DNA of 64,000 nt from Cyanophora paradoxa CCMP329 (lineage: Eukaryota; Plantae; Glaucophyta): the NCBI GenBank assembly GCA_004431415.1, contig QPMI01000502.1, positions 202,771-266,770 on the forward strand, written 5' to 3'. The position numbers were made by a program, and so were the translations under genes. Under the pieces are notes generated by a model that saw only the letters and a program-made list of their open reading frames with translations, searched no databases and had not been told where the DNA came from. Positions 23,199-34,819 of this stretch are shown here, in pieces; positions within the stretch are counted from its first letter, which is position 1; each line of letters begins with the position of its first letter.

Positions 23199-26100
23199 CT
23201 AAAAGTCACAAGCGCACGGGAAGTGGGCTTGAGGCCTTAAATTGTGGGCCCGCCGCGTCGCCGCGAGCACCATCAGGTCCGCCCGGTCGCTGAAGCCCTA
23301 CCCCCGGCCCGTCGCCCCCGCGCGCCTCAGGGCGGAGGCGGGAGGCAGCGGAGAGGGGCCGGGGGTGGGGGGCGGGCGGACCCGGACGAGGGCGAGGCCG
23401 GCGACGAAGATGAGGGCGAAGCAGGCGGCGATGAGCAGCGAGGCGGCGATGTACTGCAGCGAGAGCTGCCCCCCGGCTCAGGGGGGCGAACGCGCAGCGC
23501 GGGGCCGGCGAGGGGCGCGCACCACGCGGAAGAGCTTCTCGCTGCCCTTGCCGCGCGCCGCCTCGTCGATGCGGTGCCCGCCGGGGGCGCTCCGCCGCAG
23601 GGAGCCGTGCGTGGAGGCGGCGTCGACGGGGGCGTAGGCGGCGGAGCGGGCGGGGCGGCCGCGGCGGAGGAGGGCGAGGGGCGCGAGGAGGCAGGCGAGG
23701 GCGCGGGGAGGGCGTGCCGGCGGAGGCGCAGGAGCAGCGGGGGCGGGGCGGGCCGTGCTGCGCCCCGGGCCCGCCTCGGGCTCGTCGCCCTTGGAGCCGC
23801 CCGGCGTGGGCGTCCCGAGGCTCGCCACCGTCGGGCGCCCCGCGGCCGGCAGCGGGTGCACCTGCACCGCCTTCCCCGCCACGGGGGACGCCATGTACGA
23901 CGTCCGCCGGCTCCCCGGCCCCGGCCCGCCGTTCAGCGCCGGCGCGATGAGCGCCGCCACGCTCCGGCGGCGCGGGACGCCGGCGCCGCCCCGCGCGAAG
24001 CCCCGCAGCGCGTCCTGCCGCGCGTTCTCCAGTGCCCGCGAGATCTGCGCCCGTCGTCTCGAAATCAGGGGCGGGGGGCGGTGCGGGGACCCGGCACGAG
24101 GTCGCGGGCGCGCCTGGATCTGGGTGTTGCGGCGCATGTTGTTGCGCTCGTTCTCGGCGCCCGCCTCCTCCTCCTCCTCCCCGCCCTCCCCCTCCCGCCC
24201 CGCCCCGCCGCCGGCGCCGCCGGTGCCGCCCTCTGCGCGCACGCGGGCGCTCAGGGGAGGGGCGGGGCGGGGCGGGGCGGGGCGGGGGCGGGCCGTCGTC
24301 GTCGCCGGAGTCGCCGGAGTCGTCGTCGGAGGACTCGAGGGAGAAGGCGATGCGCTTGCGCGCCAGGATCTTGATCACCGGCTTCGGCTGCGCGCCCCCG
24401 CCCGCGTCGGGGCGGAAGCTCTGGCTGCGCGCGGCGCAGGCGGAGGCGCACGATCTCGAGGAAGAGCTCCATGATGGCGTCCCGCTCCGTCCGCACCCGC
24501 TGGCCCCGCGTCAGCCGGGCCCCGCGCGGGGGTGGCGGGGCGGGGGGGGCGGGCGGACGCGGAAGGTGGGGCGGAAGACGGCGAGGCCGAGGATGGCGAC
24601 GAGGGCGAGGGAGGCGGCGAAGGTCCCCGCGTAGACGGCCGCCAGCAGCGACACCGACCGCCGCAGCGGCTCCTCGTACAGCTCCAGGCTCCGCAGCACC
24701 CCCTCAAACACTGCTCGAGTTCAGGGGCGCCCCCGGGGGCGGCTCGGGGGGGCGGGGCGCGGGGCGGGGCGCGCCGCTGTGGGGCCCGTTGCGGGAGACG
24801 AAGTGCCAGGAGGAGCAGGCCGCGAGGTCCGCGAGGCACGCCGGCCCGCCCCCCGCCGCCTCCTCCTGCCCCGTCGCGCCGCCCCAGAGCCCGCCGGCGT
24901 CGCGGGCCGCGGCGGGGGCGGGGCGGGGGCGGCGGGGGCGGAGGCGTTGGGGCGGCGCCGGCGGCGAGGAGGAGGGCGTGCTGGTAGAGGCGCTGGCCGG
25001 CCTCCCACAGGCTCGCCGCCCCCGCCACCACCTGCCGCCCTGCCCCGTCAGCGGCGGAGGGGCCCGCGAGGGGGCGCCGGCGCGCCTCGCCGTTGTGGAG
25101 CTCGGAGAGGGGCACGGCGGCGGGCCCCGCCGTGAGGGCCCGCAGCGCCTCCGTCTGGGGCGCCGCGAAGCCCCCGAGGCCCAGCGACAGGTTCTGCCCG
25201 AGCAGGCGGCTCGCGGGGGGCGGGGAGGGGCGGGGCCGGGCGGGGCGGGCCGCGCCTTGTGCGCCTCGGCGAAGTCGAGGGCGAGGGCGCGCAGGCGCCC
25301 CGCCGCCGCCGCCGCGTCCAGCGTCCCGTTCGCCGCCGGGTACCGCTGCTGCGTCGCCGCGATCGCCAGCGTGCGCGCCTGCGGGGCGGGCTCGAGGGCT
25401 CGAGGGCTCGAGGAAAATGGAAGGGGCGGGCCGGGGGGGCGGGCGGGGGGGGCGGGCCTCGATGGAGAGGAGCTGCGAGAGGACGGCGCGCTCGCTCGCC
25501 GCCCTGCCGCCCCGTCAGGCGGAGGAGCGGGAGCGGGGGCGGGGGCGGGGGCGGGGCGGAGCGGGGCGGACGCGGTGTACTCGAGGTCGCGGACGAAGGC
25601 CTCGGCGAGCTGCTCGATGGCGACGAAGGCGCCGAGGGCGACGGCGGCGAGGACACAGAGGGAGACGAGGATGTTGCGCCACAGCGAGGCCACCGCGAGG
25701 TTCGGGCGCGAGGCGAGGGCGAGGAGGATGCGCCGCCGCCGCTTCTGCCGCCGCGTCCGCGTCGACCCCGACGACGAGACGCTGCGCGCCGGTCCCGCTC
25801 GGCCCCCGCGGCCCGGGGGCGGGGCAGAGGCGGGGCGGGCGGGGCACCTCTGGGCGTCTTCGGGTCCCTCTCGGGGGCCTCCGACGGCTCCGGGCTCCCC
25901 ACCTCGCCCCGCGCCATTGGCGACGCCCGCCGCGCCGCGGCCCGGCCCGCCGCCCCTCTCCGCCGGCACGCGGCGCGGCGGCCGTCGGAGGGTCGGGCGG
26001 AGACTCGGGCTCAGCAGCGCCGCCGGCGGCCTGCCAGGAGCGGATGCGCTGCCGGGTCTTCTCGGTGAGCGGCGGCGCCTCGTCCTCCTCGGGGGCCGCG

Positions 26101-29100
26101 GCGGCCTCCTCGTGGGCGGGGGCGTGGGGGAGGCTGCGGACGCTCCCCGCGGCGCTGCTGGCGTTCTCGACGAGGAACATCGGCCGCTCGCGATCGGGGC
26201 CGGCCCCCGAGGCGGAGCTCGCCGCCGAGAGGCGCCGGACGCGCTCGTACACGGGGCCCAGCGGCACCGGCGGCGCGCTCGCGAGGCTCGAGAGCGACGC
26301 CGCCGAGCGCGCGCTCCCCGGCGCCCCCTCCGCGATCGGCTCCAGCAGCATCCCGCCGGCCCCGCCCGCCGGCCCCCGCCCCGGCACCTCGAAGCGCGCC
26401 GACTTCGGCTGCACGGCCCGCGTCACGCGCGCGGGCAAGGGCAGGGCGGGACGAGGGGGACGGCGCGCCGCAGAGGGTCTGCGGCCGGCGGCGGCGGCGG
26501 CAGCGGCGCCAGCAGCCTCGTCCCCGGACGAAGGCGCGGCCGGCGCGCTGCAGGGCTGACGGTGAGGGGGCGGAGGCGCGGGCAAGGTTTTGGAGAAGCG
26601 GGCCTGGGGGCGGCCTCGGCGGCGTGCGGGTCGCGGTGCGTGATGCGCGCCGAGAAGTAGTGCTCGGCCCCGACCTGCGCGTCGCGGCTCAGCGCGGCGG
26701 GGCGCCGGTCGCGCGGAGGCGAGCTCGAGCCGCAAGGCCGCGCACGCGGAGGTGGGAGAGCTCGAGGGAGATGGGGAGCGGGGCGCCGCTCGAGTGGCGC
26801 CCCACGATGGCCCGGTTCTTGCCCACCACCTGCCCCACCCCGCTCGGGGCGGGCCGGGCTGGGGCGGGGGCGGGGCCGGGCCTTGGCGTTGCCGGTGGTG
26901 AGGTAGGCGTCGACGAAGGCCTGGTGCTGCTCCCCGAGGGCCGCGTCCATCAGCAGCTGCGCCCGCCCCGCCCCGCCCCGCCTCAGCCCCGAGCTCGAGC
27001 CCCCGGGCGGCGCGAGCGGTGGATCCGGAGGGGCGGACGTTGACGGAGCGGCCGGTGAGGGCCTCGGGGCCGCCGTAGCCGAAGATGCGGCAGAGGGCCC
27101 CGTTGCACGAGACGATCGTCCCCTTCGCGTCGCACTGCCGGCCCCACGTGAGCGCCGGCGGCGCGGGGGGCGGGGCGGGGCCGGGGCGGGGCGCGCGGTG
27201 ACGAGGCCGTCGAGGTCGGAGAGCTTCGTCATGCGCCCCACGAAGAGCGTCACCCCTGCCCACCGTCGACGTCGGGCCCGGCGGCCGCAGAGCGGGGCGG
27301 CGGGGCGGGGCGGGGCGGTGCGGACCGTCGGCGGCAAGGGAGTCGTCGCGGGCGACGTCCAACTGCACCGCGAAGCTCGACCTGCGCGTGGGCCCCCGGG
27401 CCCGCCCGTGGGCCCCCGCCCCGCGAGACGCCGGCCCCGCCCGCGTCGGCGCCGCGCCGCGCACCCGCTCTTGTGGAGGGCCTCCATCGTCCGCCCCCCG
27501 TCCCGATGATCCGGCTCTGAATTCAAAGACCCGGACCATGAGGCGCGGGGCCGGGGGCGGGCGCGGTGCGGGCGCGCCTTGCTGGGGTCCTGCATGTAGC
27601 GGCGGAGGAACTCGTCGTGCTGCTCCGCGTACTGCCGCGGCATCAGCGCCGACACGTCTGCCGCCCGGCGCGCGCGGGGAGGCGTCAGCGGGCGGCGCGG
27701 GCGGGGCCGGGGCCGGCCGCGGGGCGGGCGGGCACTCTTCCCGACGATCTGCGGGCGGGGCGGTCAGAGGGAGGCCGGTGGGGCGGGGCGGGCGGGGCGG
27801 GCGCGCGTCGCGCTGGAGGTGGCCGAACATCTCCGCAAAGGGCCCCTTGAGGCTCTGCACCACCCCGCCCTGGTCGCTGCCCCCCCGCAGGCCCCCGCGC
27901 GTCAGACAGCTCCCCCGCGCAAGGCCGAGGGCGGGGCGGGGCCGGACATGGTGATCCAGACGTCGCGCTCCTCCTCCTCCTCGGCGCGGGCGACGCGGCC
28001 CACGAAGAGCGGCTGCCCGTCCACGTCCGTCCGCGACAAATTCAGCACCATCGGGAACGTCGAGCCTGCGCCCGGGTCCCCGCCTCAGGCCCCTCCCCGC
28101 AGAAGGGCTTCAGAGGCGTCGAAGTCGGGCCGCACCGTTGCGGTGCTGCGCCTCCACCCGCCGCTTCATGCCGATCACCTGCGACACCGCCGGCCCGGCC
28201 CGCCTCGCGCCCGGCCGGCCGGCGGGGCGGGGCCCAGCGGGGATGGGCGCCGCGCACCTTGGCGACGCCCGTGCGCAGGTAGTTCTCCATGTCTGCCGCC
28301 CGCACCGTGAGCGCCGCGGCGCGGAGCGGAGCGGGCGGGGGCGGGCTGGCAGAGCGCTGCGTACACTTGGCGTGGTACGTCGAGAAGGGCGCTTCGTTCG
28401 GGGTCGGGGCCGGCGCGTCAGGCCCGCCGCGCGCACGAGGAGGCGGAGGGCGAGGAGGCCGAAGAGGCCGGCGCACCCGGCATGAGCGTCTCGATGCGGG
28501 AGTTGACCATGTCCCGCGGCGTGTAGCTGCAGGCGCCGCCCCTCGGCCGGCGGTGCGAGGCGGGGAGGGAGGGAGGGATCCCCCGGAGCGGGGCGGGGGC
28601 GGGGCGGGGGGAGGCGGACCCCCACATGTCGGCTGCGATGCGGTTGACGGCCCGAATGATGCCCCGCGCGTCGATCGTCACCACCCCTGCCCCCGGGCGC
28701 CGGCCCCGCCTCAGCGCCGGCCCGGGTCGCGGGGCGGGGGGCGCGGGGCGGCGCGCGCCCTCGCTCTCCTCCACGCGCTTGAGCGTGATGGCCATCACCT
28801 GCCGCGCGACTCTCGCACGGGCGGCCGCCGGCGCCGGCGCCGGGCGGGCGGGGCGGGGCGGGCGGGGCGGGCCGTCTTGTCGCCCTCAAACATGCGGGCG
28901 ACGCGGGCGAGGACGGGGAAGACGGAGCCGTCCGCCGCCAGCGCCTCCACCTCCGCCTGCCCCGCCTCGTCCATCTTCCTGCGCCCCCCAAGGCCCGCTC
29001 GGCCCCCCGCGCGAGGCCGGGGCACGGCGGGGCGCACTGCAGGTAGGCGCCGGCCTTGGCGGCCTGGAGGCCGACCCCCGCGAGGTTGCCCTTGTTAAGC

Positions 29101-32100
29101 GCGGGGCGGTTCGAGGAGAGGCCGCCCCGCGCCGTCCTTTGCGCCCCGCCCCGCCCGTCAGCCGCGCCCGGCTTCGGGCGGGGGCGGGCGGACGGGGTGC
29201 CGGCGTCGAGGGCGGCGCTGCGGGCGGGGTCGGCGACGAAGAGGCCCCAGTGCCGCGGCGCCGTCAGCTCCTGCCGGCCGCGGCGTGAGCGTCAGGGTGT
29301 GCCTGCGGAGGCGGGGCGGGGGCCCCCGGGCGAACCTTGACGTTTTTGCGCTTCATTTCGTCGACGGAGCACTCGAAGAGAGCCGCCATGGCGCGGTTGC
29401 AGCCGGTGATGCGCCCTGTCACGCTCGCCAGGCACATGGGCACCGAGTCGTCCATCCGCCGGATCGACCCCACGAAGGTCGGCTGCGCACGCGCGGCCGC
29501 CGTCAGCGCCGGCGGCGAGCGTTCGCCGGGCACGGAGGGGCGCGCGCCTCGCCGTTGATGTCGATGCGGGTCACGTAGAGGCGAACGTTCAGCAAGTGGC
29601 CCTCCCTGCCCGCCCCGGCCCGCTTCAGCTGCAGCTCAGCGACTAGGGGCTGAAGGGGGGAGGGCGCGCCGGTGCAATCCGGGGATCTCGCGTGGAATAT
29701 TGACGACCTGTTGATGCGAAAAAGCGATTGGGATGCGGAGAAGCAGAGCGGGGCGCTTGGAGGAGGAGCCCGGGGGCGAGGGGGGGCACCTTGGCGACGC
29801 CGGTGCGGAGGTAGGCCTGGACGTAGGACGTGTGGTCCTGCTGGAAGGGCGGCGGGACAATGAGGTGGATGCGCTTGCCCACCAGCTCAGCCTTCTTGTA
29901 CCCCAGCAGCCGGCACGCGTTCGCGTTCGCGCTCGTGATCACCTGCCGCGCCCCGCCCCGCCCTCGGCCCGCGCCCCGCGCCCCGCGGGAGCACGCGAGG
30001 GCTCGGCAGCGGGGAGGACCTCCTGCGCGTTGATCACCACCACGCTGTCGACGCTGCGAGCGGGGTCAGGGGCGGCGGCGGGGTGGGGGACTGGGGGCGA
30101 AGGCGGCGCCTGTTGTCCATGCGGCTGGCGGCCTCGTCGCCGGCGGTGTCGGCGTCGCGCGCCTTCTTGCTCTGCTCCTCCTCCTCCGCGTCCGCCCGCC
30201 GGTAGAGCTCCTCCGCTGCCGCCGCGTCGTTCTTTACGCTCTCCACGAACGCCCTGCGCACGCCCGCCCGTCACCCCGCGCCGCGCGCGGCCTGTCGCGA
30301 GTGAGCTGGGGCGGGGGCACCCGTAGGCGCGGAGGAGGCGGACGTTGCGGGAGTACTTCTCGACCAGCGCCACGTAGTTCCTGCCCCCCGCCTCCCCGCT
30401 CGCCGCCGGCGCGGGGCGCCGGCCGGGCCGAGCGCGGGCGCGGGGGCGGGGGCGGGGGCACCGCTCGGCCTGGGTCTCGTACGAGTCGACGAGGCGCGTG
30501 AGGTCGGAGATCCGCGCCAGCGCCTGCGCGCGCCGCACGCTCGCGCTCCGGCGGGGCGGGGCGGGGCGGGGCGGGGCGGGGCGCGCCGTGGCGTCCTCCT
30601 CGAGGAGGGCGCTCCAGAAGACCTGCGGGGGCGGCCCCCGGCCCTCAGCGCGGGGCCGGCGGGGGCGGGGCCGGGGCCGGGGGCGCCTTGGTGGCCTTGA
30701 GGGCCTTGAAGTGGCCCTCCTTCGCCAGCCGGAACTTCTTCTGGAACTGCCCCCGCCCCGCCCCGTCGCCGTCTGGCCCTCGAGGCCGAGCGGGAGGGGA
30801 GGGGGCGGGCGGGCGCGCCTCGACGAAGGAGACGAGGTCCATGGCGCCGTCCCCGCCGGAGCCCGTCTGGCCCGCCTCGCGCTCCCGGTCCTTGCGGAAG
30901 ACGGCGAAGCGCAGCTGGAAGTCCAGCGGCAGGTGCCGCGCCCGGTCCACGTACGTCCCCTGCGCAGCACCGCCCCTCAGCCCGCCGGCCGCGGCCCCGC
31001 CGGCGCGCGCCCGAGCCCAGGGCGCGCCTCGAGCTGGGCGTTGCCGCCGTACGTGCGGAGGAAGTTGGCGTCTGCGGGCCGGGGGGTGAGGACCCGGCGG
31101 CGGCGAGCGGGTCGGGGCCGGGGCGCACAGGCGATGTAGACGGTGGCGCTCTTCGCGAAGCGCCGCACGCCCTCCTGCGCGGGGCGAGGCCGGCGGTGAG
31201 CGCGGCCCCGCGAGCGGCCGGGGGCGCGGCGCGCCTGGAAGATGGCGTCGGCCTTGGCCGTCGCCTCCTCCAGCGCCGCCTGGTCGTCCGCCTGCGGCGC
31301 GGTCAGGGGCGGGCGGGGGCGGCGGGGCGGGCGGGGCGGGGGCGGCGCCTGCTGGCTGGTGTCCTCGCCGGCGAGGCGCATCGCGTGGGGCCGCACGAAG
31401 CGCGTCGCGATCTCGACCTGCGCCGCGTCAGCTGCCGGGGCGGCGCTCCTGGGCGGCGGGGGCGCCTCGTGGGGCCAGCGGAAGCGGCCCTTGAAGGAGT
31501 AGCCGCCGGCGTCCTCGGGGACGAGGAGGCGCGGGTCGCAGAGGGCCCGGAAGCGGCGGCGGGCGAGCAGCCAGGCGAGGGCGAAGGCGGGCGCCGCCCC
31601 CGCCAGGAAGACCAGCGTGATCGTCCTCGGGTGCTGCCGCCCCCGCCTCGCCCTCGCCCCCCGCCGAGGCGCGCGCGGGGCGGGGCGCGGGGCGCGGGAG
31701 GGGGGACCTGGGCGGCGACGGCGAGGGCGAAGGCGCAGGCCGCGCACCACGCGACGAGGGCGTAGAGCCCCGCGCGCTGCGCGGCCGCTCGAGGGGCGCG
31801 GGGGGCGACGGCGGGGGGCGGGCGGGCGGGGGCACCAGCTCGTTCATGTGGTGCTGGTAGTGGGGGAGGTAGAGGAGGGTGATCCCCATCAGGTACCCCG
31901 CGATGGCGAGCACCGAGAGCGCCAGCAGCGCTGCGCGGCGCCGCGTGGTGAGGGGCGCCGGGCGGGGCGGGGCGGGACGGGCTGGGGCGGGCCGGGGAAG
32001 TTGGAGAAGAGGACGGCAACGAGGACGAGGAGGGCGCGGCAGGCGGCGCCGGCCACGGTCGCGTCCGACGTCGCCGTCGCCAGCAGCGCCCCCGTCGACG

Positions 32101-33502
32101 GGTCCGGCTCCTGGCCCCGCCGGCCACGCCGCGCGTGAGGCGGGGGGCGGGGGCGGTGGGGCGGGGCGGGCGGACGACGTCGACGAGGGCGAGGGAGAGG
32201 GCGATGACGAGGACCTGCGGCGCTCGTGACGAGGCTGCGGCGCTGAGGGGCCGCGCCGGGACGAACCGCGAGGGAGGCGAGCACGGCGATGGTCGAGACG
32301 ATGGCGTTGGGGAAGCCCCAGCACGCAACCTGCCGCACGGCGGCGTCTGAGGGAGGGTGCCGCGGCGGGGTGGGGGGCGGGGCGCGGGTGCCTCGGGGTA
32401 CTGGGTGAGGGTGAAGCGGGAGGAGAGGCCGGAGGGGTCGAAGTAGTGGCAGTCGAGGGCCATTAGGAGGACGCCGAGCGAGGAGAGGTAGAGGGCTGCC
32501 GCCCCGTCGCCCCCCGCGGCGCAGGCGGCGCTGCGCTGCGCGCGGCGGGCGCGCACAGTTGAAGAAGACGGAGACGACGAGCTTGAGGGCCTTGATGGGC
32601 CAGAGCTGCGTGAACTGCGCGGGGGGCGGCGAGTCGCGGGGGCCGCGCGGAGCCGGGGCGGGGGCGGGGACCTGGTTGAGGCGGAAGGACTGGAGGACCC
32701 AGAGGGCGTCGGCGAGGGAGCCCACGACCAGCGCCACCACCACCGAGTACAGGATCACGTAGCCCGAGTACCTGGGGGGGGGGGGAAGGTGGTCAGCGGG
32801 GTAGGGGGAGGGGGGCGGGGAGGGGGGTGTGCAGGCGGCGGGGCGCGGACCCGGCGGAGTTGAGGAAGTGGCGGGGAACGCTGCGGGACAAGTGGGGGCG
32901 TGAGGCGGGGCGGGGCGGGGCGGGCGGGGCGGCGGGGGGCGGCGGGGGCGGCGGGGGCGCGCATGGCGAAGAGGACATCGAGGCTGCGCTCGACGAGCTC
33001 GAGCTGCACCCAGTTGAAGCGCGACGAGTCCGCCACTGCGCCCCGCCCCCGCCCCTCGCCCCAGCTCCAGCGCCCCGCGCCCGGCAGGCCGCGGGGGGGC
33101 GCGGGCGGGGGCTGCGCACCGAAGGCCAGCATCTGGAGCCAGTCGATGAGCACGTTCACCACGTCCAGCACGCGCCGCCGGCTCCGCTTCTCCCCGCCCC
33201 GGCTCCGCATCACGAACAGCACCGCGAAGAAGCTGCGCCGGCAGAGGCGCGCGCGCGGCTCGTTAACCGTCGGGGGCCAACCGCGCCGGGCAGCTGCAGC
33301 CGCAGCTGCAGCGCACGAAGCGGCCGCGGCGCGGCGCGGCGCGGCAGGCGGCCGCACCTGTCTTCGATGGACTGCCGAGTACCGGACGAGACGGCCCCCC
33401 GGTGCCGCGGGCTCGTCCCGCCCGCGGAAAACTGCGAGCGTGTGAAGGCGTGTGTGACCTAGATCCGGCTCGCTCGCATGCGCACCTTACTGCTCCCGAC
33501 AT
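23199..33502 (-). CDS. TmcB/TmcC-like multi-pass membrane protein with five PAS domains; 3' end apparently truncated by the retroelement
   Basis: MSGA|FSAGG..SIEDS|FFAVLFVM..VLIDWLQMLAF is followed by TM helices and a TPR-like helical region (IACANFLRTY, PLDFQLRFAVF, NYVALVEKYSRNVRLLRAY). Five PAS repeats at ~30050-26640 (e.g. ITSANANACRLLGYKKAELVGKRIHLIVPPPF; VSCNGALCRIFGY). C-terminal TM segments follow, then the frame runs into retroelement DNA and stops at 23199. Confidence 0.85.
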
Positions 33503-34819
33503 TCGCGCTGCTTGCCACCGACTGAGAATCGCCCACTATCGGTCGCACCGGCATAGCTGCAGCTGAAAGGTCGCGGATGGTTCCAATCTTACCCTAACCC
33601 AGTTGCAAGTTGCAGGCAGGCTGACTCGTTGCCAGCAGGCTTATCGCCTCCGTAGGTAGCCAATTGCAGCTAGCTCCTGCGTTGTCCGCAGCTAGCCTGC
33701 TGAATGCGCAGTCGGTGCGCCCTCTCCAGAAGCCGGCGCCGGCGCGCTTCCACAAGAGGCGCTGCGCATGCAAAGGGTGGATCTTTGTGGGCAGTGTGCC
33801 CTTTCTATCGAGCCAGCTGTAACCGTCCGTATAACTGACTGCGACGAGCGGCCTGCGAGACTGAGAGCAACCTATCCGACGCGCGTTCAGCTGTGCTTGC
33901 GCGCATGCACTCTAACGTTGCCTAAAACAGGTTTTCAGCGGTCCAGCGGCTCAGCTGCGGGCCCCGCATGACATGCGCTCAAGTCGCTGGCATGGGTCAC
34001 CGGGTACCGAACGATTCTTGAGGAGGGGGGGGGGGGGGGGGGCGGGAGCCTGCGCCGGCCGGAGCGCCTGGCGATATGAAGCGCCAGCGCTAGCGCTAGC
34101 GCTAGCTTTAGTATCTATTAGGAATTTGAAGCCTCTCGCACGCACGCGATCATGATATATAACGATCAGCGCTAGCTCAGCAGCTGTTTACGTATACGTA
34201 TATACGTAGCCGCCGGCGCGGCGCGCGCCGCGGCGCGCGGCTGCGCTGCGAACGGATGCTGTACGCGTGCAGCTGGCGAGCCTAGGATCGAAGATGCGCG
34301 GATCCGGATGCGCATACGTATACGCGCAGTGACGCCCACGAAGGAATTGGCCTCGTTAAAAACACTAATATTAATGTGACAACGTCTAAAGAAAGTACTG
34401 TGCGAAACTCAGGCGCTGCGCGGGCTGTATATACGTGCATGTGAAAGAAGAGCGACTCTTGGAGCTCGAGGGCGCAGTCGTCGCGAGCTCCCCCAGCTGA
34501 AGAATCGCTACTGGGCTATCTTGCTCCTGGGCTAGTTCGAAGCGTATTACATGGGGTCACTGAGTCCAGCGGGCGTCACGATCGAGCGTCTGGCAAACGC
34601 GGCACGACGGCTAGACGGGTCGATGAATTCTGACTAACGAGCAGCGAAAACTACCGATCATGAATCCAAAGGAATGCGAGCGCTCAACATGATTCGACTC
34701 ACGGGGAAGTTGAAAGGAAGTATGGCGGATGCGATACAGAGAAAACGGCGCGGCGAGCGCGACGCGGAACACTAAGCGAGGGAATCGACTGCGAGAGAGG
34801 AGGCGGCGGTGGAGGCGGG

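Larger units (their letters stand above)
19720..23240 (-). mobile_element. Tyrosine-recombinase (DIRS-like) retrotransposon, copy 1, 5'-truncated
   Basis: RT-RNaseH-MT ORF plus YR ORF. Terminus GTATGCCTGCCACAAGCAGCCTTGCTT at 19720 matches the copy-2 terminus at 45862. The other end abuts PAS-gene coding sequence at ~23243 with no terminal repeat. Confidence 0.9.

Noticed and set aside
34080-34330. Clusters of short palindromes (AGCGCT, TACGTA, GCGCGC); likewise ATCATGAT/TTCAAG tracts at 53940-54240
   Set aside because: Low-complexity intergenic sequence with no definable unit or supportable function.
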